A stretch of 64,000 nucleotides of DNA. It comes from Lachnospiraceae bacterium (GTDB lineage: Bacteria; Bacillota; Clostridia; Lachnospirales; Lachnospiraceae). Positions 36,961 through 46,722 of the stretch are shown piece by piece. Position 1 is the stretch's first letter, and every line of letters starts with the position of its first letter. The translations under genes were made by a program, and so were the position numbers. The notes under the pieces were generated by a model that did not search any database, was not told the DNA's origin, and worked only from the letters and a program-made list of their open reading frames with translations. The DNA is taken from NCBI GenBank assembly GCA_045627365.1, contig JAZQNN010000031.1:1-64000 (forward strand), written 5' to 3'.

Positions 36961-37599
36961 TTACACTCTCATGTTGAGTGCTTCCTTTACCTCATAGATG
37001 ATGTTGTCTGCCTTCATACCATAGATGAAAAGCAGCTCATTGGCTTTGGCGTTATATGTTTCTGCCTCTTCCCTGTTCTTCATGCTCTTGGTGTTGATGA
37101 AGACATTAAGGCTTGCTGCCTGCATTGCCGCCTTACACAGTATCATTGCGCATCCCGCGTCGGAAATAGCCATTTTGGAGCCTTTTTCGGCGTATTTTAC
37201 TATCAAGTCCATGGCGTCTGCCAGACGCTCCATTATCTCAAGAGGAACGCTGCACGCGTCATACAGGCACTGCTCCATTACCTCATCCTTATGTGCCTGC
37301 TCTTCGGGCGTATCCTTAGGAAGGCGGTATGCAGCAGCTAAAGGTGCAAACATCTCGGCGTCCTTATCGACAAGTGCCATAAGCTGCGCCTCAAGTGCCT
37401 TTGCGCGCTCGTTAAGCACGATTATGTCGCCTTCAACGTCAGCATATTTCTTCTTGCCGACGGTGAGGCTTCCCACCATGTTGCCAAGCGCGATTCCGAC
37501 TGCTCCAACTAAAGCAGCAGCCCCTCCCCCTCCCGGGGTCGGAGCTGCTGATGCTAATTCTTCTATAAACTGATTACAAGTCTTGTCTGCGGTCTTCAT
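36961..37599 (-). CDS. fchA: Methenyltetrahydrofolate cyclohydrolase (FchA / cyclodeaminase-type)
   Basis: 212 aa; begins MKTADKTCNQFIEELASAAPTPGGGGAAALVGAVGIALGNMVGSLT, typical of the cyclodeaminase/cyclohydrolase family. Confidence 0.8.
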   Translation of the reverse strand: MKTADKTCNQFIEELASAAPTPGGGGAAALVGAVGIALGNMVGSLTVGKKKYADVEGDIIVLNERAKALEAQLMALVDKDAEMFAPLAAAYRLPKDTPEEQAHKDEVMEQCLYDACSVPLEIMERLADAMDLIVKYAEKGSKMAISDAGCAMILCKAAMQAASLNVFINTKSMKNREEAETYNAKANELLFIYGMKADNIIYEVKEALNMRV

Positions 37600-37671
37600 A
37601 GTTAAACTCCTGATTCGGTGCCTCAGCGCCTTAAGTCAAATGATTTAACTAATTATACCAATTTAGATTAC

Positions 37672-39354
37672 TTAGAACAATCCTGAAATCTTGCCTGTTG
37701 AGTCAACGTCGATCTTCTCAGCTGCAGGGACCTTTGGAAGTCCCGGCATCTTCATGATCTCGCCGGTAAGACATACTACAAAGCCTGCGCCCGCGCTGAC
37801 TGTTGCCTGACGAACGGTGATCCTGAATCCGGTCGGACGTCCGAGTTTGGTCTGGTCATCAGTGAGTGAGTACTGGGTCTTAGCCATGCAGATAGGAAGC
37901 TTGCCATATCCGAGAGCTTCAAGCTCAGCGATCTCCTTCTCTGCCTTCGGAAGATAATCAACTCCGTCAGCACCATAAACCTTGGTTGCGATGTCGTTGA
38001 TCTTGGTCTTGATCGAATCATTTACATCATATGAGAAGGTGAAGTTGCTTGGCTGCTCGCACAGTCTGATTACTTCCTGAGCCAGCTCTATGCCGCCTGC
38101 GCCGCCTTTGCCCCAGACTTCTGAAAGACGAACGTTAACACCGAGTTCTGCGCATTTTCTGGTAACGAGTTCGATTTCAGCGTCTGTATCAGCTGTGAAT
38201 CTGTTGAGGGCAACAACTGCCGGAAGTCCGTAAACCTGAGTGATATTCTCAACATGCTTAAGAAGGTTCGGAAGGCCCTTCTCAAGAGCTTCGAGGTTCT
38301 CGTTTGCAAGTTCTGTCTTAGGAACTCCGCCATTGTATTTAAGAGCTTTGATAGTAGCAACGATGATAACTGCGTCCGGCTTAAGGCCTGCCATACGGCA
38401 CTTGATATCAAGGAACTTCTCCGCTCCGAGGTCTGCGCCGAAGCCTGCCTCAGTTACTACATAATCGCCGAAGTGCATTGCCATACGTGTTGCAATTACT
38501 GAGTTGCAGCCGTGAGCGATATTGGCAAACGGTCCGCCGTGAACGAATGCCGGTGTTCCCTCGAGGGTCTGAACCAGATTCGGCTTAAGAGCGTCCTTAA
38601 GGAGCGCGGTCATTGCGCCCTGAGCATTGATCTGACCAGCGGTAACAGGTTCGCCGCTTCTTGTGTAAGCTACTACTGTACGCGCAAATCTTTCTTTAAG
38701 ATCATCAAGATCTGAAGCCAGGCAGAATGAAGCCATGATCTCAGAAGCTACTGTAATATCAAATCCGTCCTCACGGGTGTATCCGTTAGCCTTGCCGCCC
38801 ATTCCGTCAACGATGTTACGGAGCTGTCTGTCGTTCATATCAACGCAGCGTCTCCAAACAACACGGCGAGGGTCGATGTCGAGTGCATTTCCCTGATAGA
38901 TGTGGTTATCTACCATTGCAGCAAGAAGGTTGTTGGCTGCTCCGATCGCATGGAAGTCACCTGTAAAATGAAGGTTGATGTCCTCCATCGGAACTACCTG
39001 AGCATATCCGCCGCCGGCTGCTCCGCCCTTAACGCCGAATACAGGTCCAAGTGACGGCTCACGAAGAGCGATCACAACGTTCTTGCCAAGCTGTGCAAGC
39101 GCATCGCCGACACCGACTGTTGTGGTAGTCTTGCCTTCTCCTGCAGGGGTCGGGTTAATGGCTGTACAGAGAATGAGTTTAGCCTTTTTGCCGTCTGCTC
39201 TCGGAGTATTCAGAAGGTTATAGTCGATCTTAGCCTTATACTTTCCGTAGTACTCGAGGTCATCCTCGGTAAGGCCTAATTTCGCCGCAACCTCTTTGAT
39301 GTGAAGCGGTGTTGTTTCCTGCGCGATTTCAATATCTGATTTAAACTGTGCCAT
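37672..39354 (-). CDS. fhs: Formate--tetrahydrofolate ligase
   Basis: 560 aa; begins [13 protein letters not shown]..., with the P-loop [14 protein letters not shown]. Confidence 0.95.
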   Translation of the reverse strand: MAQFKSDIEIAQETTPLHIKEVAAKLGLTEDDLEYYGKYKAKIDYNLLNTPRADGKKAKLILCTAINPTPAGEGKTTTTVGVGDALAQLGKNVVIALREPSLGPVFGVKGGAAGGGYAQVVPMEDINLHFTGDFHAIGAANNLLAAMVDNHIYQGNALDIDPRRVVWRRCVDMNDRQLRNIVDGMGGKANGYTREDGFDITVASEIMASFCLASDLDDLKERFARTVVAYTRSGEPVTAGQINAQGAMTALLKDALKPNLVQTLEGTPAFVHGGPFANIAHGCNSVIATRMAMHFGDYVVTEAGFGADLGAEKFLDIKCRMAGLKPDAVIIVATIKALKYNGGVPKTELANENLEALEKGLPNLLKHVENITQVYGLPAVVALNRFTADTDAEIELVTRKCAELGVNVRLSEVWGKGGAGGIELAQEVIRLCEQPSNFTFSYDVNDSIKTKINDIATKVYGADGVDYLPKAEKEIAELEALGYGKLPICMAKTQYSLTDDQTKLGRPTGFRITVRQATVSAGAGFVVCLTGEIMKMPGLPKVPAAEKIDVDSTGKISGLF

Positions 39355-39490
39355 TTTCCCCTCCCCGGAATATATATAGTGGTTTTTATTTCAAAGATAT
39401 ACAAATTATAGCATAGTCATGGACAAATAATACTGTCATTTTCCGAAAAAGATTTGCCTTAACCCGGCCTTTCTTTCGGTATTATTCTAC

Positions 39491-39521
39491 AAAAAAGGAC
39501 CATGATGATTCATCATGGTCC
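39491..39521 (-). terminator. Intrinsic terminator after folC
   Basis: Minus-strand hairpin GGACCAUGAUG-AAU-CAUCAUGGUCC (11 bp perfect stem) followed by UUUUUUG. Confidence 0.8.
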
Positions 39522-39526
39522 GTATC

Positions 39527-40798
39527 TTATCTTCTTGTTGCTACAGCGGTCTTGATATCGCCGATCATATAGAGTGAGCCCAGTCCGCAGATGACATTGC
39601 CGTGGCCTGCCTTTACAAAAGCTGCATCTATCGCTTCCTCAATGCTTTCGTACGCCTCGGCCTTTACGCCCTTCTTGTTGACGATCGCCGCAAGATCCTT
39701 GGCAGAAAGAGCTCTCGGGTTAGCCGGTGTAACTGCCAGAAGCTCCTTAGCGACCGGCAAAACCATATCCAGCATATTCAGATAATCCTTGTCCGCCATT
39801 ACGCCGAAAATCAGGATCACTTTCTCGTCCTTGAACAACGTTTTGATCGATGATACCGCAGCTTCCATCCCGTGCGGATTGTGCGCTCCGTCAACGATGA
39901 AAATCGGGTCGTAGCTGATGATCTCGAATCTTCCCGGCCACTTGACCTTCTCGATTCCTCTGATGACAGCGCCCTCGGAGATCTTCCAGCCGCGTTCTCT
40001 GAGTGCCTCGACCACCTTGATAACGACCGCGATATTCTTGAGCTGATATTCACCCACAAGCGGCATTGCCATATCTCCCATGCCCTCATAGCTGAAAAGC
40101 TGTCTGTCGATGCTTACGCCTCCGGCTTTGACCTTGTCAGGCTCTGAGATGTAGAGCTTTGCACCGACCTCGCGGCTTCTTTCCGCAATCACCTGGGTGA
40201 TGTTGTCAGCCTGCTTGTAAAGAACGACCGAACATCCTTCCTTGATTATCTTGGATTTGGTCTCGGCTATCTTCTCGACGGTATCTCCCAAATATTCGGT
40301 GTGGTCAAGTCCTATTGCGGTTATTACCGCAACCTCGGGTGAGTCGATAACATTAGTCGAATCAAGTTCACCGCCGAGTCCCACCTCGAAAACTACTATA
40401 TCAACGGCATGCTTCTTGTAGTAAAGAAGCGAAAGCGCCGTATTAAGCTCAAATTCAGTCGGCTTGTCTTCCATCATATCGACGTAAGGACGAACATACT
40501 CAACAAGCTCGCACAGCTCGTCGTCCGGGATGTTCTTGTTGTTGATCTGCATCCTTTCGTTATAGGTCTCGATATAAGGAGACGTGAACAGGCCTACGTT
40601 GTAGCCTGCCTCAACCAGAATAGATGACAAAAAAGCACAGGTGGAGCCTTTGCCGTTGGTTCCGCCTATGTGTATGAATTTCATGCCCTTCTGCGGATTG
40701 CCCAGAAGTTCCATCAGGCAGCTGATTCGCTCAAGCCCCGGTTTGGTCCATGCTTTATTTATGTTATGGATATAATCCAGAGTTTCCGCGTAATTCAT
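39527..40798 (-). CDS. folC: Folylpolyglutamate synthase / dihydrofolate synthase
   Basis: Mur-ligase family; P-loop HIGGTNGKGST. Confidence 0.85.
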   Translation of the reverse strand: MNYAETLDYIHNINKAWTKPGLERISCLMELLGNPQKGMKFIHIGGTNGKGSTCAFLSSILVEAGYNVGLFTSPYIETYNERMQINNKNIPDDELCELVEYVRPYVDMMEDKPTEFELNTALSLLYYKKHAVDIVVFEVGLGGELDSTNVIDSPEVAVITAIGLDHTEYLGDTVEKIAETKSKIIKEGCSVVLYKQADNITQVIAERSREVGAKLYISEPDKVKAGGVSIDRQLFSYEGMGDMAMPLVGEYQLKNIAVVIKVVEALRERGWKISEGAVIRGIEKVKWPGRFEIISYDPIFIVDGAHNPHGMEAAVSSIKTLFKDEKVILIFGVMADKDYLNMLDMVLPVAKELLAVTPANPRALSAKDLAAIVNKKGVKAEAYESIEEAIDAAFVKAGHGNVICGLGSLYMIGDIKTAVATRR

Positions 40799-41521
40799 TT
40801 ATTTCACCTTCTTTAAATCCTCATCGGCTTTGGTGACATCGCATACCTTTATGCACTCGTCATCTGCCGTAAAACGGATATCATATCCGGCATAATTAAG
40901 TCCGTATATGTATCCAGGCTCTTTATTATACGCCGCGCGCGGGTCCTGTTCAAGGAGCATTCTCGCAGCATTTCTGTGCTCTGCAGGAAGTATGTTAAGA
41001 AGCTCCTCAGGGAAATCGACCGTAATCTGGTCCCTGCTGTGATTTTGCCCGAAATTGGCCGTGGCCTCGGGGAAACTGTCCGTGTACGGCATATAAGGCT
41101 TTATGTCATATATCGGAGTGCCGTCCAGCATATCAACGCCCGACACCGTAATAACGGGGCCGAGCTTCTCGTCGATGGTTATTCCGACTAGTTTTACGCA
41201 GGAAAGACCCAGAGAGTTGGGTCTGTACGGAGCTCTTGTGGCAAAAACGCCTTTCTTGACCTTGCCGCCGAGCCTGGGCGGGTGAACGGTCAGCGCTTCT
41301 CTCTCCCTGAAAGCTTCAGAGAATCCCCACACCAGCCAGATGTGGGAATTCTCCTCTAATCCTTTGATAGCGTCCGGATTGCGGTATTCTGCTTCGAAAA
41401 CGATCTGTCCTTCGGCGCCCGGCACAAGCATGCTCTGCCTCGGTATTCCGAACTTCTCGGCAAATCCGGTACGTATGTGAGCAACCGGCTTTATTAATCT
41501 TTCATCAGGCAAGCTGCTCAA
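40799..41521 (-). CDS. trmO: tRNA (t6A37) N6-methyltransferase TrmO (TsaA/YaeB family)
   Basis: 240 aa with the TsaA fold motifs HIWLVWGF, RPNSLGLS and a C-terminal extension. Confidence 0.7.
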   Translation of the reverse strand: MSSLPDERLIKPVAHIRTGFAEKFGIPRQSMLVPGAEGQIVFEAEYRNPDAIKGLEENSHIWLVWGFSEAFREREALTVHPPRLGGKVKKGVFATRAPYRPNSLGLSCVKLVGITIDEKLGPVITVSGVDMLDGTPIYDIKPYMPYTDSFPEATANFGQNHSRDQITVDFPEELLNILPAEHRNAARMLLEQDPRAAYNKEPGYIYGLNYAGYDIRFTADDECIKVCDVTKADEDLKKVK

Positions 41522-41532
41522 ATCCGCTCTCC

Positions 41533-42471
41533 TTAGAAAGCCTTGTGATCGCAGCCGAGAACGTTAACGAGCTTATGAGCAACGAGTTCCTTGATGGCTG
41601 CCCTTGCAGGCTTAAGATATTCTCTCGGGTCGAACTTATCCGGATGTTCGAACATGAACTCACGGATAGTAGCGGTCATTGCAAGACGAAGATCTGAGTC
41701 GATATTGATCTTGCATACTGAAAGAGCTGCTGCCTGGCGAAGCTGATCCTCAGGAACGCCGATAGCGCCCGGCATATTTCCGCCGAATTTGTTGATCTTC
41801 TCAACAAGATACTGCGGAACGCTTGATGAGCCGTGAAGAACGATCGGGAACATCGGAAGGCGCTTGGAAACTTCCTCAAGAACGTCGAATCTTAACTGTG
41901 GCTTTGTGCCCGGCTTGAACTTGTATGCGCCATGGCTGGTTCCGATAGCGATAGCGAGTGAGTCGCAGCCCGTTCTGGTAACGAACTCTTCAACCTCTTC
42001 AGGATGTGTGTATGATGAATCCTCAGCAGATACCTTGACTTCATCCTCGATGCCGGCAAGTGTGCCAAGCTCAGCCTCAACAACTACTCCTCTGTCATGA
42101 GCATACTCAACTACCTGTCTGGTAATTGCGATATTCTCTTCGAAAGGCTTGCTTGAAGCGTCGATCATAACCGATGTGAATCCGCCGTCGATGCAGCTCT
42201 TGCATGTCTCAAAGCTGTCGCCGTGATCAAGATGCAGGCAGATCGGAAGACCGGTCTCGATAACCGCTGCTTCAACGAGTTTCATAAGGTAAGTGTGGTT
42301 AGCGTATGCACGTGCGCCCTTAGATACCTGCAGGATCAAAGGAGCCTCAAGGTCCCTGGCTGCCTCGGTGATACCCTGAACGATTTCCATGTTATTAACG
42401 TTGAACGCGCCGATAGCATAGCCACCGTTGTAGGCCTTCTTAAACATTTCTTCAGATGTAACTAATGGCAT
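41533..42471 (-). CDS. fba: Class II fructose-bisphosphate aldolase
   Basis: Begins MPLVTSEEMFKKAYNGGYAIGAFNVNNMEI...; LHLDHG; GTSHGAYK. Confidence 0.9.
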   Translation of the reverse strand: MPLVTSEEMFKKAYNGGYAIGAFNVNNMEIVQGITEAARDLEAPLILQVSKGARAYANHTYLMKLVEAAVIETGLPICLHLDHGDSFETCKSCIDGGFTSVMIDASSKPFEENIAITRQVVEYAHDRGVVVEAELGTLAGIEDEVKVSAEDSSYTHPEEVEEFVTRTGCDSLAIAIGTSHGAYKFKPGTKPQLRFDVLEEVSKRLPMFPIVLHGSSSVPQYLVEKINKFGGNMPGAIGVPEDQLRQAAALSVCKINIDSDLRLAMTATIREFMFEHPDKFDPREYLKPARAAIKELVAHKLVNVLGCDHKAF

Positions 42472-42592
42472 AATATGGCCTCCTTAATGTAATTAATTTC
42501 ACTTCCTGTATATAATATCATAAATACATAAATTGGGTTATATTCTTTTGGTGGCGATTATGACAATTTTTATATACTAATTGCATAAAAGT

Positions 42593-42610
42593 TTGTGCAT
42601 AATTTCACCA
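42593..42610. promoter_or_regulatory. Rex-like operator candidate in the divergent fba/pfp control region
   Basis: TTGTGCATAATTTCACCA compared with the Rex consensus TTGTGAAnnnnTTCACAA matches 16 of 18. A second weaker copy TTGTGCAAATTGATTTAC lies at 42628-42645. Confidence 0.35.
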
Positions 42611-42730
42611 ATTTTGCTGTCCGATTTTTGTGCAAATTGATTTACTTTATATAAGAAAAGTGATATCATATTTTTCAAATTTTTGTACAATTACAGTCCG
42701 TTCGGGCTGTTTTCCAAAGGAGGATCTACT

Positions 42731-43981
42731 ATGAGTGACTTAAAGGGTGCATGTATATTCGGTCAGTCCGGCGGACCGACCTCGGTTATCAATGCCAGCG
42801 CATACGGCGTTTTCAAAACTGCTCTTGAAAGCCCGTACATCACCAAGGTTTACGGTGCTGAGCACGGCATCAAGGGTGTTTTAAGCGATCATCTTTTTGA
42901 TATCGGTCAGGAAGATCCTGAAGAGCTTGCCAAGCTTCTTAACACTCCTTCATCAGCTCTCGGCTCATGCCGTTACAAGATGGCTGATCCGGATGTAGAT
43001 GACACCGATTACAAACGTATCCTTGAGATCTTCAAGAAATATGATGTCCGTTACTTCTTCTATAACGGCGGTAACGATTCAATGGATACATGCAACAAGA
43101 TCTCCAAATACTGCCAGAAGGTCGGCTATGAGTGCCGCGTTATGGGCGTTCCGAAGACCATCGACAACGACCTTTTCGGAACCGACCACTGCCCCGGCTA
43201 CGGCTCAGCTGCCAAATACATCGCAACAAGCCTTATGGAAGTTTACCAGGACTGTCACGTATACGACACAGGACAAATCTGTGTAGTTGAGATCATGGGA
43301 CGTAACGCAGGCTGGCTTACAGCTGCTGCTGCACTTGCAACATATGCAGGATGCGGCCCGGATTTCATTTATCTTCCGGAGACTCCATTTGTAATGGAAG
43401 AGTTCCTTAACGAAGTTGAAGACAAGTGGCGCCAGACAGGCTACTGCATGGTAGCAGTTTCAGAAGGCCTTAAGTATGCAGACGGCAACCTCGTATCAGA
43501 GGCTCAGAAGTCCGCAACTGACGGATTCGGCCATGCTCAGCTCGGCGGACTTGCAGCAATTCTTGCCGACAAGATCAAGTCCAACACCGGCGCAAAGGTT
43601 CGCCCTATCGAGCTTTCACTCCTTCAGCGCTGCGGAGCACATCTTGCATCCCAGACAGACATCGACGAAGCTTTCAGAGCAGGCGAAGCTGCAGTTCTTA
43701 ACGCAGTTAACGGAGTTACCGACAAGATGGTCGGCTTCAAGTGCGACCGCACGAACGGTTACAAGTGCGAGCTTGAGCTTCTTGACCTTTCAAGCGTTGC
43801 CAACACAGAAAAGACCGTTCCTCTTGAGTGGATCAATGCAGACCACAACGGCATCCTGAAACCTTTCATCGACTACGCCCTTCCTCTTATCCAGGGCGAG
43901 CCGGAAAGAGCTATGGAAGATTCACTTCCGAGATTTGCACACCTCAAGAAGATCATCGCAAACAACTATCACCTGAAATAA
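42731..43981 (+). CDS. pfp: Pyrophosphate-dependent (or ATP) 6-phosphofructokinase, long form
   Basis: MGVPKTIDNDL and GGNDS motifs. AAAGGAGG Shine-Dalgarno 7 nt before ATG 42731. Confidence 0.8.
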   Translation: MSDLKGACIFGQSGGPTSVINASAYGVFKTALESPYITKVYGAEHGIKGVLSDHLFDIGQEDPEELAKLLNTPSSALGSCRYKMADPDVDDTDYKRILEIFKKYDVRYFFYNGGNDSMDTCNKISKYCQKVGYECRVMGVPKTIDNDLFGTDHCPGYGSAAKYIATSLMEVYQDCHVYDTGQICVVEIMGRNAGWLTAAAALATYAGCGPDFIYLPETPFVMEEFLNEVEDKWRQTGYCMVAVSEGLKYADGNLVSEAQKSATDGFGHAQLGGLAAILADKIKSNTGAKVRPIELSLLQRCGAHLASQTDIDEAFRAGEAAVLNAVNGVTDKMVGFKCDRTNGYKCELELLDLSSVANTEKTVPLEWINADHNGILKPFIDYALPLIQGEPERAMEDSLPRFAHLKKIIANNYHLK

Positions 43982-43997
43982 TATACATAACACCTTA

Positions 43998-44034
43998 AAC
44001 GGCGGTGAGGTAAGATCCTTACCGCCGTTTTTTA
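43998..44034 (+). terminator. Intrinsic terminator after pfp
   Basis: CGGCGGUGAGG-UAAGAUC-CUUACCGCCG followed by UUUUUUA. Confidence 0.75.
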
Positions 44035-44076
44035 TCTCGCCCGAATCGGTTGCGTATTTCGCGGCCGCGCGCTATA

Positions 44077-44096
44077 ATAGTAGAAAATTCTACTAT
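44077..44096. promoter_or_regulatory. Perfect 9-2-9 palindrome overlapping the -10 of the marR operon promoter; probable MarR operator
   Basis: ATAGTAGAA-AA-TTCTACTAT. TATAAT lies at 44073-44078, immediately 5' and overlapping, and it is 24 nt upstream of the marR ATG region. Confidence 0.55.
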
Positions 44097-44119
44097 TTTG
44101 CGGAAATCAGGAGGCCCGG

Positions 44120-44536
44120 ATGGATTATCAAATACTCAATCTCTTATTTCGCTGCAATAAGGAATTCAGCCACGCGAAGATCCGCAGGCAGGAATTAAGT
44201 GACACGGAATGTATGATCTGCTCATACATTTTTTCTCACGAAAGCTGCTCGCAGGATGATGTTTCGGTCGCGCTTAAGACTGATAAAACGACCGTTGGGA
44301 AAGCGCTCGCTTCGCTCGAGGGCAAAGCATGCGTTATAAGAATACAGGACGAAGCCGACAAGCGCATCAAGCGGTTGTCACTTACCGACACCGGACGTGA
44401 AAAAGTGGCCGAACTGGTCGATATCCACAACAACTGGCTTCACGATATCATGACCTGCCTGACCGGCGAAGAGCAGAAACAATTTGAAAATTACTGTGAG
44501 CGGCTTCTTGCTGCCGCAGAAAGACTTGCTGAATAA
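44120..44536 (+). CDS. MarR-family transcriptional regulator
   Basis: 138 aa winged HTH (SQDDVSVALKTDKTTVGKALASLEGKACVIRIQDEADKRIKRLSLTDTG). First gene of a four-gene operon. Confidence 0.75.
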   Translation: MDYQILNLLFRCNKEFSHAKIRRQELSDTECMICSYIFSHESCSQDDVSVALKTDKTTVGKALASLEGKACVIRIQDEADKRIKRLSLTDTGREKVAELVDIHNNWLHDIMTCLTGEEQKQFENYCERLLAAAERLAE

Positions 44537-44551
44537 TGGAGGAACCCGCTA

Positions 44552-45931
44552 ATGAATCACGAAAATAAGGCATCGGCTATCGAATCTTTCAAAACCGATC
44601 CCATCCCGAAGATCGTCATCAAAAACAGTATACCTGCGCTCATTGCCATGATAATGGTCATGGTCTATAACCTTGCAGATACATTCTTTTTGGGCCTTAC
44701 CCATAACGATCTGATGGTCACGGCGGTCTCCTTCGCTACACCGCTTTTTATGATTTTCATGTCGCTCGGCACCCTGTTCGGTGTGGGCGGAACTTCGGTC
44801 ATTTCCCGCGCACTCGGCGAGGGCAAACCTGATTATGCCAGAAAAGCCTGCTCATTCTGTATGTGGGCATGCGTTGTCGTCGGCGGCGTAATGATGGCGG
44901 TTCTTTGGATATTCCTCGATGACGTGACCGTGATGCTCGGTGCGAGTGCAGACAGTGCCGAGCTGACCAAGGATTATCTTGCCATCGTCATCGGCTGCGG
45001 CATTTTTTCAATGATTTCCAACTGTTTCTCCTCTATCGTCCGTACCGAGGGAGAATCGATGAAAGCCATGACCGGCACACTCATCGGCAACCTCCTTAAT
45101 ATCATCCTTGACCCGATCTTTATCTTGGGCTTCAAATGGGACGTAACAGGCGCGGCAATAGCCACCGTTATCGGCAATGCCGTTGCGGCGGGATATTATA
45201 TTATGTACTTCCTCAAGGGGAAATCGGTGCTCTCCATCAGCCCTAAATATTTCTCAGTGAAGGACCGGATCCTCACCGGCGTTCTTTCTGTCGGAATTTC
45301 CGCGTCTCTTGCCAATCTGCTCGTCAGCGTTTCATCTACCGTTGTTAATTCACAGCTGGCCGAATACGCTGACGGCGATATGCTCGTTGCCGGCTACGGC
45401 GTGACTGCCAAAATCATCATGATCGTTACGCTCATCGGTATCGGCATCGGAAGCGGCGTTCAGCCGTTTCTCGGCTTCTGCTACGGAGCAAAGGAAAAGG
45501 AGCGGCTCGTCAAAGGTATACGCTTCTCCGCTCTTTTCGGGCTTGTGTTCTGTGCCGTTATATCAGCGCTCTGCTATATCTTCGCAGAGCCTATCGTCAA
45601 AGTGTTCCTGACCGATATGACCGCGCTTGGTTCCGGCGTGCATTTCACACGCATTCTGATGAGCACCGCGTGGCTCATCGGCGCATTCGCCATCTGCCAG
45701 AACACTTTGCAGGCTGTCGGCGCGGCAACTCCCGCCCTGCTTGCCTCGATCTTCCGTCAGGGCGTCATCTTCATTCCTGCCGTGTTCATTATGAAAGCGA
45801 TCATCGGCGTGGACGGGCTTATCTGGGCCCAGCCGATCGCGGATATTCTTTCACTTGTGATTGTTATTTTCATGCTTTGGCGTAAAATAAGGAAAACTGA
45901 TTTTTCCGTGAAAGAAGCAGTCGACGAATAA
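44552..45931 (+). CDS. MATE-family efflux transporter
   Basis: 459 aa, 12 predicted TM helices; the start is 16 nt after the marR stop. Confidence 0.8.
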   Translation: MNHENKASAIESFKTDPIPKIVIKNSIPALIAMIMVMVYNLADTFFLGLTHNDLMVTAVSFATPLFMIFMSLGTLFGVGGTSVISRALGEGKPDYARKACSFCMWACVVVGGVMMAVLWIFLDDVTVMLGASADSAELTKDYLAIVIGCGIFSMISNCFSSIVRTEGESMKAMTGTLIGNLLNIILDPIFILGFKWDVTGAAIATVIGNAVAAGYYIMYFLKGKSVLSISPKYFSVKDRILTGVLSVGISASLANLLVSVSSTVVNSQLAEYADGDMLVAGYGVTAKIIMIVTLIGIGIGSGVQPFLGFCYGAKEKERLVKGIRFSALFGLVFCAVISALCYIFAEPIVKVFLTDMTALGSGVHFTRILMSTAWLIGAFAICQNTLQAVGAATPALLASIFRQGVIFIPAVFIMKAIIGVDGLIWAQPIADILSLVIVIFMLWRKIRKTDFSVKEAVDE

Positions 45932-45947
45932 TTACGAGGGAAATGAA

Positions 45948-46721
45948 ATGGAACTGAATGGAAAAAGAGTCGCTATCACCGGAGCATCCTCCGGTATCGG
46001 GCTTGAAATATTGAAATTGCTGCTTGCAAGCGGCTGCCGCGTTGCAGCATGCGCAAGACATATCGAGAATGTCGGGATCGAAGACGAAAATCTTTTTTTG
46101 GTGACCTGCGATGTGTCAAAGAAAGATGAGATCGATACATTCTTTGATTTTGCACTCCAAAAGCTGGGCGGAATCGATCTGTATGTTTCAAACGCCGGCT
46201 TTGCCTATTATGAGAAGCTTAAGGAACCTGATTGGGACCATGCGGAAACGATCCTGGATACGAACTTTGTCAGCACGGTTTACGCTGCCGAGAAGATGAA
46301 GGAGCTGCACGGCAATGAGCCTTACAATTTTGCGGTAACGGCAAGCGCGATGGGGCTTTTATCGCTTCCCGGATATGCGCTTTACAGCGCAACAAAAGCA
46401 GCCGTGCGCGGATTTGCCGACGCGTACCGCTACGAGCTTGAAAAAGAGCAGCACTTCCAGGTGATCTATCCTGTTGCGACAAAGACGAAATTCTTCGAGC
46501 GATCGGGGAAGAATACGCCGGTGCCCTGGCCGACACAGGAGGCTGCCACCGTGGCAAGGAAGGTGATCAGCGGCATTCGCAAAGATAAAAACCATATCTT
46601 CCCGTCTGCCATGTTCCGCATCACCGACATAGTCAGCCGGGTGTTCCCGTTTGTGTTTAAGATCTACGTAAATATCAACAATAAGGCGTTCCGCGAATGG
46701 CTCGCCAAGGAGGACTGTTGA
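45948..46721 (+). CDS. Short-chain dehydrogenase/reductase (SDR)
   Basis: TGASSGIG cofactor motif and catalytic YSATK. Confidence 0.75.
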   Translation: MELNGKRVAITGASSGIGLEILKLLLASGCRVAACARHIENVGIEDENLFLVTCDVSKKDEIDTFFDFALQKLGGIDLYVSNAGFAYYEKLKEPDWDHAETILDTNFVSTVYAAEKMKELHGNEPYNFAVTASAMGLLSLPGYALYSATKAAVRGFADAYRYELEKEQHFQVIYPVATKTKFFERSGKNTPVPWPTQEAATVARKVISGIRKDKNHIFPSAMFRITDIVSRVFPFVFKIYVNINNKAFREWLAKEDC

Positions 46722-46722
46722 C

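Noticed and set aside
39355-39490. ZTP (pfl) or THF riboswitch upstream of fhs; the same check was made upstream of folD (33062-33215)
   Set aside because: No GGGTCG...TGGCG / CCGCCTGGGC-type conserved blocks or THF-riboswitch features. Only promoter-like elements and a Shine-Dalgarno are seen.
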